Positions 16,940-25,348 of a DNA stretch of 46,365 bases are shown here, piece by piece (positions within the stretch are counted from its first letter, which is position 1; every line of letters begins with the position of its first letter). The notes beneath the pieces are model-generated. The model had not been told where the DNA came from. It was given only the letters and a program-made list of their open reading frames with translations, and did not search any database. Where the stretch lies: assembly GCA_017421975.1 (NCBI GenBank), contig JAFOHE010000247.1, positions 1 to 46,365 on the forward strand. The letters run 5' to 3'. Source of the stretch: Pseudomonadota bacterium. Lineage in GTDB: Bacteria > Myxococcota_A > Bradymonadia > UBA4248. The position numbers and the translations under genes are program-made.

Positions 16940-17103
16940 CTTTCTCTTTCCCTAATTCGTGACCGATAAAACATCAGGTCAAGGCCTGATGGAAAAATCC
17001 GTATTCTTTTACCGCGTTTTACACGTTGGTGTCAACAACACACGCACACAATACGCGTATTCTTCCACGTGTCTCAGATGAACAAAAGTCATCTGCCGCT
17101 CCC

Positions 17104-17132
17104 TTACTGCGGCATTTTACGCGCTCTATAAA
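17104..17132 (+). promoter_or_regulatory. Possible sigma70-type promoter giving a ~250-nt leader for the TPR gene
   Basis: TTACTG (17104-17109), 17-nt spacer, TATAAA (17127-17132). By eye only. Confidence 0.35.
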
Positions 17133-17387
17133 AAACAACAAATTTCTATGCTTACTGCCATATAACAAAAGCCGTCATTTACCCCAGTTGGCTTCATTAT
17201 GATTACCCCCAGGCCCCCCCGCCAAGACAAGCGCTTCATGGCTCCACGTTGTGACGGAAACGTCATGATGCAACCCTCGGAGGGAGGCAGAATCGTTATG
17301 ACGAAAAAATAACCCCCTTCACAGTCTCAACTGACTTTGATAAATCGTGAAAACGCGTAACGTTGCGCTTTTTTTTTGAAGGGAAAA

Positions 17388-18791
17388 ATGGACGATCTAC
17401 AGGAACTGCAACCAGGCAGAATCAAACGAAAAAATCGGAAAAATCCATCGGAAAGTATCATGAATCTTTCGCCGACGGAGCCATTAAATAAGTCAGAAAC
17501 CACGCCGGATATGCCAACAGTTTCCCGCGAGCAGCAGACGACAGAAAACCACGATGCCAATCTTCTCGATGACTTGTATAATATTTTGAAGCCCGCCGAC
17601 GAACCGGTGCCGACAGAGACGGGCATTGGCGAAACGCCGTCATCGGAAGCGAATACCAAAGCGTCTCCCGCACCCCATGATGCCGGTCAGACACCGTCGT
17701 CGTCTTGGCTTCGCGGCATTCAGGGAGAGAATCAGACGACAGGAGGCTCTATCGCCGATTTGCTTCAATCGGGTTCTACAACCGACGCGCTCGCGCCTGC
17801 ACCATCCGAATCACAGACCAATGCCGTCTCACCGCTCGATCTATTGGATACGGCGCGTAGCGAAACAAAGGCGGCGACGGGACGAGATGATGTCCGAAAA
17901 CTCACGCCGACCGCACGACGCAAATCCCAAGCTCAAACACAGGACGCCGCCGCACCCGTTCCCGATGCCGTCGAAACGACGATTCAGCGTGCTTCAAAAG
18001 CTGCAGATAAAACGCTCGAAGCACTGGCGCAACTTCAAGCCGCTACGGACAGAGCTGAACGAAGACATTTCTTTAATTCCGCCGCCGCATACGTCCTATT
18101 TTGTGTCATCTTAACCCTAGGCTTGTACTACGCCCTGAATTACCGCGCTTCCGCAAGATACGCTTACCAGGCCGTCAATCAGGAACGCTACGAAAAACTC
18201 CTGAATGCCAAAAAGATCCTCGATGCGGAATTCGAGCGCGATCAGCGCGCATCGAGCGAAGCATACGAAGTCTATCAGCTCATTGAACAGGGACGTTACG
18301 AAGAATCGATCGAGCGCTATATTAAGGTACAGGCCAATATGACGCATCCCGCCGAATCGGCACTTCTGGCGCAAAAAATAGACGAAATCCGCTGGCGTCT
18401 GGCTGACAGTGCCTACCATGATGGCATCATTCTATTCAGAGAACAAAATTATGATCAGGCACGCGATGCCTTCTATAAAAGCCAGACTTATAAAGAAAAC
18501 ACGTCCTACACGCACATGCTCAATTATTATCTCGCGACGTGTCTTTTTCAGTTGGGCGACTTCGAAGGGGCACGCGGACACTTCGAAAAAGCACAGGAAA
18601 GCGGTCAGCTCAACAGCGAATTTGACGCGAATGCTCGCTATTACAGAGCCGTTTGTGCCGAAAAAGTCGGTGACGTCTCGGAAGCCTACACGCAGTATGA
18701 CCAGTTTACGCGAAAATACCGCTATCACAAAAACGCTGACGAAGCGAACCGCGCCAAAGCCAGGCTCGAAAAAACGCGACCAAAAGACTGA
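17388..18791 (+). CDS. Membrane-anchored TPR-repeat protein
   Basis: ATG at 17388; the listed ORF begins at TTG 17376. A low-complexity N-terminal region of about 230 aa is followed by one TM helix (AAAYVLFCVILTLGLYYAL). The C-terminus has TPR-like helices. Confidence 0.75.
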   Translation: MDDLQELQPGRIKRKNRKNPSESIMNLSPTEPLNKSETTPDMPTVSREQQTTENHDANLLDDLYNILKPADEPVPTETGIGETPSSEANTKASPAPHDAGQTPSSSWLRGIQGENQTTGGSIADLLQSGSTTDALAPAPSESQTNAVSPLDLLDTARSETKAATGRDDVRKLTPTARRKSQAQTQDAAAPVPDAVETTIQRASKAADKTLEALAQLQAATDRAERRHFFNSAAAYVLFCVILTLGLYYALNYRASARYAYQAVNQERYEKLLNAKKILDAEFERDQRASSEAYEVYQLIEQGRYEESIERYIKVQANMTHPAESALLAQKIDEIRWRLADSAYHDGIILFREQNYDQARDAFYKSQTYKENTSYTHMLNYYLATCLFQLGDFEGARGHFEKAQESGQLNSEFDANARYYRAVCAEKVGDVSEAYTQYDQFTRKYRYHKNADEANRAKARLEKTRPKD

Positions 18792-18848
18792 CAACTACGC
18801 TATGCACTACCCAAAACGCTATGCGTGAAAGGGTAGCGCCACCCAAAA

Positions 18849-19265
18849 TTATATGCGTGAATTCGCCGCGATCGCGCAAATTTCATCGGCAGACCAAAGC
18901 CGTCCACGGTTCATGCCAGGACACGATTTGGCCGCATCCTGCCACGCTTTTTCGTTCTTCAACTGGCATCGCCAAAACGGAAAATCGCGACACTGAGACG
19001 GCCTGACGTCATAGACCGTGCAACCGTGGTCATAGAAGACGCAATGACCATCCTCAAAATCGTCGCGTGCCGTGTACGAATCACGCCAGGGTTTCATATA
19101 CTCGGCAATAATCTTCTCGCGCCCAAGCTGGCGCGTCTTGCCCAAAAAAGCGACGAGGCGATCAAATTCTTCGGGCGAAAAATATACAATACCTGGCTCG
19201 CCACAACAGCATCGACCACACTGTTGACACGAAAAACGGAGCCCATCTTCCCAAAATTGTTTCAT
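18849..19265 (-). CDS. YkgJ-family cysteine-cluster (CxxCxxCC) protein
   Basis: 138 aa. The N-terminal CQQCGRCCCGEPG motif is typical of UPF0153/YkgJ. Confidence 0.8.
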   Translation of the reverse strand: MKQFWEDGLRFSCQQCGRCCCGEPGIVYFSPEEFDRLVAFLGKTRQLGREKIIAEYMKPWRDSYTARDDFEDGHCVFYDHGCTVYDVRPSQCRDFPFWRCQLKNEKAWQDAAKSCPGMNRGRLWSADEICAIAANSRI

Positions 19266-19271
19266 CTGACC

Positions 19272-19949
19272 TCACGATTGTGGCGTCGCCGCCAACGTCA
19301 TTGCCAAAACGCGTTTTGCACCGGCATTGCGAAGCACGAGCGCACACGCCGAAAGCGTCGCTCCCGTCGTCACAACATCATCGACGAGGATGACGCGTTC
19401 GGGCGCCATATCTACAATTTCAAAGGCACCACGCAGGTTCTGGGCACGTTCTGCAGCGCTAAGCCCCGCCTGATGAAGCGTATGTCTGCTTCGATGAAGA
19501 CATGCGTCATTGAGCGTGAACGTCTCCCCTTTGGCTTGTGAAAGCTGCGTAGAAAGCTTCGATGCAAACGTCCACACCGGATCAAAACCGCGTTCCCTGA
19601 GTCTTCGCGGATGCGGTGGCACGGGAATCACCGTCGCTGACGCGCCAACAAAGGCGAGAACACGATCGATTCTTTCTGACATGCTGGATAAAAGCGCAAG
19701 CCGCGCACAATAATCTTCATGATATTTCCAGCGTGCGATCAGGCTTTGTACGGCTCCTTCGTAGGCAAAAAAAGAGAACATGCCATCCACGGCTTCCGGC
19801 GACGGCATTTCTCCAACAAAACGCATCGCTTCATGGCACGAGTCACACAAAAAAGCTTCCGGTGATTCAAGTAACAAATCACACGAAGCACACCGTGAAG
19901 GCCATATCAGATGCCTCAACGCATCAAGCGTATCTCGAATCATCGTCAT
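19272..19949 (-). CDS. comF: ComF-family phosphoribosyltransferase-like protein
   Basis: 225 aa. N-terminal Cys pairs CASC...CDSC and the PRTase motif VILVDDVVTTGATL are present. Confidence 0.8.
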   Translation of the reverse strand: MTMIRDTLDALRHLIWPSRCASCDLLLESPEAFLCDSCHEAMRFVGEMPSPEAVDGMFSFFAYEGAVQSLIARWKYHEDYCARLALLSSMSERIDRVLAFVGASATVIPVPPHPRRLRERGFDPVWTFASKLSTQLSQAKGETFTLNDACLHRSRHTLHQAGLSAAERAQNLRGAFEIVDMAPERVILVDDVVTTGATLSACALVLRNAGAKRVLAMTLAATPQS

Positions 19950-20417
19950 CTATACCTTATGATACGGTTCGTTGCGAAGAATCGTCATGGCGCGATAGAG
20001 CTGCTCATAAATCATCACACGCGCAAGCTCATGCGGAAACGTCATTGGCGAAAAAGAAAGCAATGTATTCGCCCGCTGACGCAGACATTCATGGTGTCCA
20101 CAGGCACCGCCAATCGCAAAGGCAAAATCCTGTGAACGGTCAATGAGACGACCAAGTTGCGATGCAAAGGTCACGCTGTCAAACATTTTGCCACGCTCGT
20201 CGAGGACAAAAAGATGCGTCGTATTGGCGATATTTGCCATAAGCTGCCGCGATTCTGTCTCTCGAACCTGAAGTTCCGTCAATTTTGGCGACGTCGCCGA
20301 CTTTATCTCAATCTCCCGGATTGAAAGATAATGCCTGAGACGTGCCATATACTCATCCGCAGCACTTCTGTATGGCGCAAACTTCATTTTGCCAATGGCC
20401 AGAATCGTTGCCGTCAT
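19950..20417 (-). CDS. rlmH: 23S rRNA (pseudouridine1915-N3)-methyltransferase RlmH
   Basis: 155 aa. It aligns by eye with E. coli RlmH: IGK...LDERG...FAIGGACG...LSFSPMTFPHELARVMIYEQLYRA...PYHK. Confidence 0.9.
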   Translation of the reverse strand: MTATILAIGKMKFAPYRSAADEYMARLRHYLSIREIEIKSATSPKLTELQVRETESRQLMANIANTTHLFVLDERGKMFDSVTFASQLGRLIDRSQDFAFAIGGACGHHECLRQRANTLLSFSPMTFPHELARVMIYEQLYRAMTILRNEPYHKV

Positions 20418-20422
20418 GGATA

Positions 20423-20830
20423 TTAATCATCCAGATCATCAAGATCGTCGTAAACTTCATCTGTCTCGCGCAATTCGGGCGGAACCTCAATGTCGAGACG
20501 CGGCGCATCTTTCCAAAGACCTTCGATGTTATACTCTTTACGCTTGACACCATTGAAAATATGAACAACGACATCGCCATAATCCAGAAGCGCCCATTGT
20601 CCATTGGCAAGCCCTTCCTGTCCAAGACATTCACGCATTTCGACGACTTCTGCATCAATGCCGTTGGCGATACCATCGACCTGTCTATCGCTACGTCCCG
20701 AGCAAACGACGAGAAAATCGGCATAATCGCAATTTCCACGTACATCAATGACGACGGGGGCAATCGCTTTCTTCGCAATGGCGGCTTCTACAATGACACG
20801 GGCTACCTGTTCCGACGTGTACTCTTCCAT
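20423..20830 (-). CDS. rsfS: Ribosome silencing factor RsfS
   Basis: 135 aa. The pattern KKA...VIDV...CDYADFLVVCSGRSDRQV...W.LLDYGDVVVHIF is present. It lies immediately upstream of rlmH, as in many bacteria. Confidence 0.9.
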   Translation of the reverse strand: MEEYTSEQVARVIVEAAIAKKAIAPVVIDVRGNCDYADFLVVCSGRSDRQVDGIANGIDAEVVEMRECLGQEGLANGQWALLDYGDVVVHIFNGVKRKEYNIEGLWKDAPRLDIEVPPELRETDEVYDDLDDLDD

Positions 20831-20948
20831 TTCATTCTCCTTTTGTACATTCGACGCTTCATGCGCCGCATAGCATAACTAAATCATCATGCGAGCGTGT
20901 GCAAGTTTTATGCATCCTCTGCCCGCGGTTTTTCACAAAAATGCCTGC

Positions 20949-21089
20949 GGGGGATGGCTCCCCCTGCGCGGCTATTTTTTATGTAGGACGTTTCATGGAA
21001 CGTCCCTACAGGACGTTCCATGAAACGTCCCTACTACATAAAAAATACGCCGCTACCCCCTCAGCGGGGGTTCCCCCCGCAACGCCCCC
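20949..21089 (-). repeat. Composite repeat module D, homologous to the module at 4698-4812
   Basis: D0 20949-20964: GGGGGA-tggc-TCCCCC. D1 20968-21053 reads on the minus strand GCGGC-G-TAT-(~30-bp imperfect stem with two GGACGTT..AACGTCC sub-hairpins)-ATA-GCCGC. D2 is 21050-21089. The 30-nt stretch AAAAATACGCCGCTACCCCCTCAGCGGGGG is identical to 4761-4790. Confidence 0.85.
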
Positions 21090-21125
21090 ATACGTGAGTT
21101 CGCACCATGACAAGGTTATGGCCGC

Positions 21126-24100
21126 TTAATCGTTCGAACCATCTTCAAGTGCCTGGAGCCGTGCTTTCCATTTCGCGAGTTGTTCAGGCTTCTCTTTGCT
21201 CTGATAGTACCGAATGATACCGCGTATGGCGCGTTCGTTGTCGCCAATGAGCTCAATGGATTTGAGATAATGCTGCTTTGCTTGTGAACTTCCGGTTGAC
21301 GGCTGATACATGGCGGCGGCGGCGTGGTGGGCTGCTGCAATAACATGGCGATCCATACCTCGCGCATAGAGCTGCGGAATAAGCGCTTCAAACGTGTGTG
21401 AGCCCTCATAACGCCGTTTTCGCGACTCAAAAACGGCCTCAAGTTCAGCAACAGTCTCAGGCGTCGCCGTCGTCGGATCGTGAAGAATCGCATCAAGATA
21501 CGATTTGACGCCATCACGCACAGCGCCCGAGGCAACTTTGAGGCGGGCGAGGCGTTTGTGGAAGCCAGGCGCACTGATCGCACCACTGCCGGCACGCGCA
21601 AGATCATATTGGTTAAAGCGTGCACCGTGTTTGTCGAGCCAAAGCGGTTTGATCGGACGGTTGTATTTACGCTTACTCAGTTTTTCTGCGCACGACGGAT
21701 TCGATCCCATCGCATCCAAAATCTCACATCGCCCGTGCTCGAGCATCGGATCGCTCATCTCCAGCCAAAACAAAGGATAAACCATGGCATTGACTGGCAT
21801 ACCCGAACGTATGCGATAGAGGTTGGACATGACCATGGCAACGGCGCCACCTTCGTTGTGAAGCGCACGAAGTTCATAGACGCCCGCTGCATCCTTGCCG
21901 CGTCCCGTGTGATAAAGAACTTCCGCCTGAAGCATAAGCGGTTCCCAGGCATCGGGCTGGCGTCCGCGAAGCGTGCGCAAAATATTGAGTGCCCCAGAGT
22001 AATCACCCAAAATGGCCTTCTGCCAGGCGTTGTCCATCATCATCTGAGAGGCAGACGCCTGATTCACGCCCGTCGGGCGCTTCGTGCCGTAGCGCATGTA
22101 ATATTCCGGCCAGACATTTGAAACCACGGCATCGTCCGAGTCGAGATAGCGTGCCGCTTCGATAGACGTTATATCCAACGGAATACGTGCATCGAGGGCA
22201 TGGAGTGACGCCAGATCATCAATATCAAAGGCGCGTTGCATAATTTCATGGCGGAAACGGTCTTTATCCGGATGTGCCCCCGTCGGCTGATACGCGCCAA
22301 ACCATTGGGCTGCCGTCTGTATATCGCCTGCCTGCAAGGCACTCTCGATGATGGCGTAGACGCGATAAGGCTCCAAATCCGCATCAACCGTCATTTCAGA
22401 CAAACGTTTTCGCCAAAATGATGGTATCGGAAGCCCTTCGTGAATGCGGCGCAACGTCGTTCCTATCGTACACATATCGGCATAGGGCTTCGCCATGGAT
22501 TCAAAATCCCAGACGATTGGGCCACCCACGGCGCCTTGCGTCAAGATGGAACGCACGCATTGCGAAAAAACGGGTTCATCTTCTGACCAGGGGAGTTTGG
22601 CATAAATGGAGCGGACTTCCGGACTATCCGTGTACAACGCAAGATGCGCGAGGCGCGAGATCGCAAACCCTGCTATCGGCGAATTGGCAAGACGCGCGTA
22701 CCGCTGTGCCGCCGTCGGATACGCATGATCCAGCTCCGAAATGAGCGCTTCTGAAAAGCGCTTAAAATACTCTGCGCCACGCCAGGTATCCGTCGTTGTC
22801 GCATCAAAAAGCGAACGGGCTTCTGCACCTCGCTCATGATGCGTCAACCAAAGCATTTTGGCCGCCACTTCACAGGGTTGGCTCGGATCAACCGTTTCCA
22901 CAAAAATAGCGTCTTCGGAAACGGTAAAATAAATCGACTGCCAAACTTCAAAGAACTTGCGAAAAGCATCGGTGAAAGGTTTGGCGAGCACAGCCTCGTT
23001 CGCCGTCAGGACGTGTACCGGATCTTCGCTTCCTGCCTGTGCTGCAGAAAAATATGCCACGCTCATCTCGCGTATCGCTTCTTTGGCAAGATCGGGTTCG
23101 CTCGCCTTCCACGTGATCAAGCCAAGTACCAAAATCACGCAAATGGCAACACAAATAGAGAGTTGACGCGAACTAATCGAAAAGGTTTTGGATGGCGTCG
23201 GTTCGTATGGCGCATCCTGAGGCACTTCGTCCTCAAGCGCATGAGAAACGGCGGCCACCTTGTCAAACGGATCATCATAAACCACATTAATGCTGATATT
23301 CGATGCATTGAGCGGTGATGTTAAGAACTCGGCCAATTCCTGGTCAAACGTGCGATAAGGCGTCAGCTCTTTCGATGCCTGGTGCCCGCCTGACATAAGG
23401 GAACTCCCGATTTGGTCATCAAAATCGAGGATCACGCGCTGCATGGAGTCCTCGACGAAGACCTCTTGCGGCTGTTCCGATAAGGCCGATGTCGCACTCA
23501 TACGCTCAAAGCGTGAGTGCACCACTGGATCTTCTATCGGCTTAATGGGTTTGCTTCGGCGGCGAGCGACCGACGTCAGGGCAATTTGAGAGATCAAATC
23601 CGTATCGAGGGATAGGCCTGGTTCTGCGGGGGCTGGCGGCGCCACGGGGTGTGGCGTGACGACCGTCATGGGGGCAGGACGCGGCGGCTGTGGGCGAGAA
23701 ACTGGTACCTCGCGTTCGGCAGCCGGCGGCAATTTCACAGGCAGTTCCAAAGACGCCATGGAAGCAATCCGCGCATCCGAATCCACATGATCATCATTGG
23801 TCAGCGGAATACGCACACCATCGAATTCCATTGATGTCGCCATCGGGCGCACCGCCGTAGAAGGCACTTCGGGAATTCCTGTTTCTAATGCCATCATAAG
23901 GCTGCGATCGGCGTGCGTCAGCGGATCAGACACGGTCTGCGTCGATTGCGGCGTGCGCGTCACGCCAACATAGTTGTCCGAGGAAGGGGCTTTGGCAATG
24001 CGGCGAAATGACGATGAAGCGCGTGGCATCTGAGCTGCACCCGTCAGACGATGCGGTTCACCCACGACATGATAGGCTTCGCGTTCAAGACGTGTTCCCA

Positions 24101-24512
24101 CTGGATACGGCATGGGATGCGGCGATTCCTGGGCAGGTGAAGGTTGACGACGCGTGTGATCGCCATAATTGGCATGCGCCATCTTCATCTGGTTCACGCA
24201 ATACGCCTCAAAATGGCGCTGAAGATAATGTGCCGTTTCCTGCTTGCCTTCGACACACAATGCCTGAGAAAGAAGTTCTCCAAACCGCGGATAAATCGTC
24301 TGAAGGCGGTTAAGTTCCTCTTCAAAGCCAGGTACGTAATACTTGGCAATAAAAGCAATCGGTGATGGCGTCGCCTCAAAAAATTGAGGATTGTAGCGTA
24401 GCGCATTAATGACCGTCACGATCGCTCGACCGTTCTCACCGCGGTCTGCCAACCGCTGTGCGATCGGCATAAATGACATGGCTCGCGTACTTCCAGACAT
24501 CCCTGTCCCCAA
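21126..24512 (-). CDS. Large membrane-anchored protein of unknown function (Pro-rich N-half, helical-repeat C-half)
   Basis: 1128-aa ORF. The listed start is TTG, and ATG alternatives exist at 24500 and 24479. It has one TM helix (LSICVAICVILVLGLITW). The C-terminal ~650 aa are TPR-like helical. No family was recognised. Confidence 0.7.
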   Translation of the reverse strand: MGTGMSGSTRAMSFMPIAQRLADRGENGRAIVTVINALRYNPQFFEATPSPIAFIAKYYVPGFEEELNRLQTIYPRFGELLSQALCVEGKQETAHYLQRHFEAYCVNQMKMAHANYGDHTRRQPSPAQESPHPMPYPVGTRLEREAYHVVGEPHRLTGAAQMPRASSSFRRIAKAPSSDNYVGVTRTPQSTQTVSDPLTHADRSLMMALETGIPEVPSTAVRPMATSMEFDGVRIPLTNDDHVDSDARIASMASLELPVKLPPAAEREVPVSRPQPPRPAPMTVVTPHPVAPPAPAEPGLSLDTDLISQIALTSVARRRSKPIKPIEDPVVHSRFERMSATSALSEQPQEVFVEDSMQRVILDFDDQIGSSLMSGGHQASKELTPYRTFDQELAEFLTSPLNASNISINVVYDDPFDKVAAVSHALEDEVPQDAPYEPTPSKTFSISSRQLSICVAICVILVLGLITWKASEPDLAKEAIREMSVAYFSAAQAGSEDPVHVLTANEAVLAKPFTDAFRKFFEVWQSIYFTVSEDAIFVETVDPSQPCEVAAKMLWLTHHERGAEARSLFDATTTDTWRGAEYFKRFSEALISELDHAYPTAAQRYARLANSPIAGFAISRLAHLALYTDSPEVRSIYAKLPWSEDEPVFSQCVRSILTQGAVGGPIVWDFESMAKPYADMCTIGTTLRRIHEGLPIPSFWRKRLSEMTVDADLEPYRVYAIIESALQAGDIQTAAQWFGAYQPTGAHPDKDRFRHEIMQRAFDIDDLASLHALDARIPLDITSIEAARYLDSDDAVVSNVWPEYYMRYGTKRPTGVNQASASQMMMDNAWQKAILGDYSGALNILRTLRGRQPDAWEPLMLQAEVLYHTGRGKDAAGVYELRALHNEGGAVAMVMSNLYRIRSGMPVNAMVYPLFWLEMSDPMLEHGRCEILDAMGSNPSCAEKLSKRKYNRPIKPLWLDKHGARFNQYDLARAGSGAISAPGFHKRLARLKVASGAVRDGVKSYLDAILHDPTTATPETVAELEAVFESRKRRYEGSHTFEALIPQLYARGMDRHVIAAAHHAAAAMYQPSTGSSQAKQHYLKSIELIGDNERAIRGIIRYYQSKEKPEQLAKWKARLQALEDGSND

Positions 24513-24612
24513 TCAAAAAAACGATGTCTTCCCTGACATCCATGCGTACACTATAACATATCTCCTCACCCCCGCAAATTCATAAGGTGATATTGCACGC
24601 CCGTTGCAGACT

Positions 24613-25083
24613 TTAGGACAAGTGTTTTTTGACGTTTTTTGCTTTGGTAATCCAGTCTTTGACGACCGTCATATCGGGCTGAACCCCCGTAATGGCGTGT
24701 TCGCGGTTCGCAGTCAAAAGGGCTTCAAGGAGCGTATTGGGATCGGCAGCGGCAAGACCTTTGAGGTTTTTAACGCCGGCAAGCATCAACAGTTCAGCGG
24801 CTTTTGGCCCGACACCGATGATTTGCATCAACTCGATCTTATGCGCCAACTTATCGACAGACGCCGAATCCATGCCGTATTTGGCTGAAAATGCCTTGCG
24901 GTCAGAGGGCGTCATCAGGCGTTCCAAAAGATCTTCAGTCGTTTCAAGACCATCCGAAATCACCTTCGACTGGACGGCTGCCGGAAGAATATCGACGTCA
25001 GCAATGTCGTAGTGACTCGCGTAAGCAAGCGAAGAGACGAAGGTCATACCAATCAATGCTGCAAGCACGAGAATCGATTTCAT
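24613..25083 (-). CDS. Secreted DUF4332-like helix-hairpin-helix protein
   Basis: AAGGAGG RBS. The signal peptide ends LAYA-SH. The motif IIGVGPKAAELLMLAGVKNLKGLA is HhH-like (from memory). Confidence 0.7.
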   Translation of the reverse strand: MKSILVLAALIGMTFVSSLAYASHYDIADVDILPAAVQSKVISDGLETTEDLLERLMTPSDRKAFSAKYGMDSASVDKLAHKIELMQIIGVGPKAAELLMLAGVKNLKGLAAADPNTLLEALLTANREHAITGVQPDMTVVKDWITKAKNVKKHLS

Positions 25084-25250
25084 TTTTGCCTCCTTTGGGA
25101 TGATGGGCCTATCGCATCGGCGGATTCAATCTCGATAGAACGCTTCACCACGGGATGTTCAGAGATCGGCTGTATCAAAACAGACTGATCACGGGTTATA
25201 GCAAATTAAGTGCTCAAGTGTGAAAAAAAACGCGTATGTTCCTGTATGGG

Positions 25251-25348
25251 GGTGGCGCGTATTGCGAAGCAAAGCGCCACCAGGCAGAGCGTATGGTGCC
25301 TGTGGCACCATAGCGTCGCCGCCACGGCGTATCGCAGATAGCCGTGGC
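25251..25348 (+). repeat. Bulged-G hairpin units E1-E3
   Basis: E1 25251-25281: GGTGGCGC-G-TAT-TGC-gaa-GCA-AA-GCGCCACC (one nt of the ATA is lost). E2 25289-25314: GC-G-TAT-GGTGCC-tgt-GGCACC-ATA-GC. E3 25321-25348: GCCACGGC-G-TAT-cgcag-ATA-GCCGTGGC. The last base of E3 is the first base of the slt stop codon complement. Confidence 0.85.

Noticed and set aside
17050-17061. Perfect palindrome AATACGCGTATT as a member of the hairpin family.
   Set aside because: It contains CGTAT, but there is no unpaired G, no ATA-G partner and no flanking helix. It is probably a chance palindrome.
20899-21129. 76-aa + strand ORF between rsfS and the 1128-aa gene.
   Set aside because: It consists entirely of composite repeat module D.
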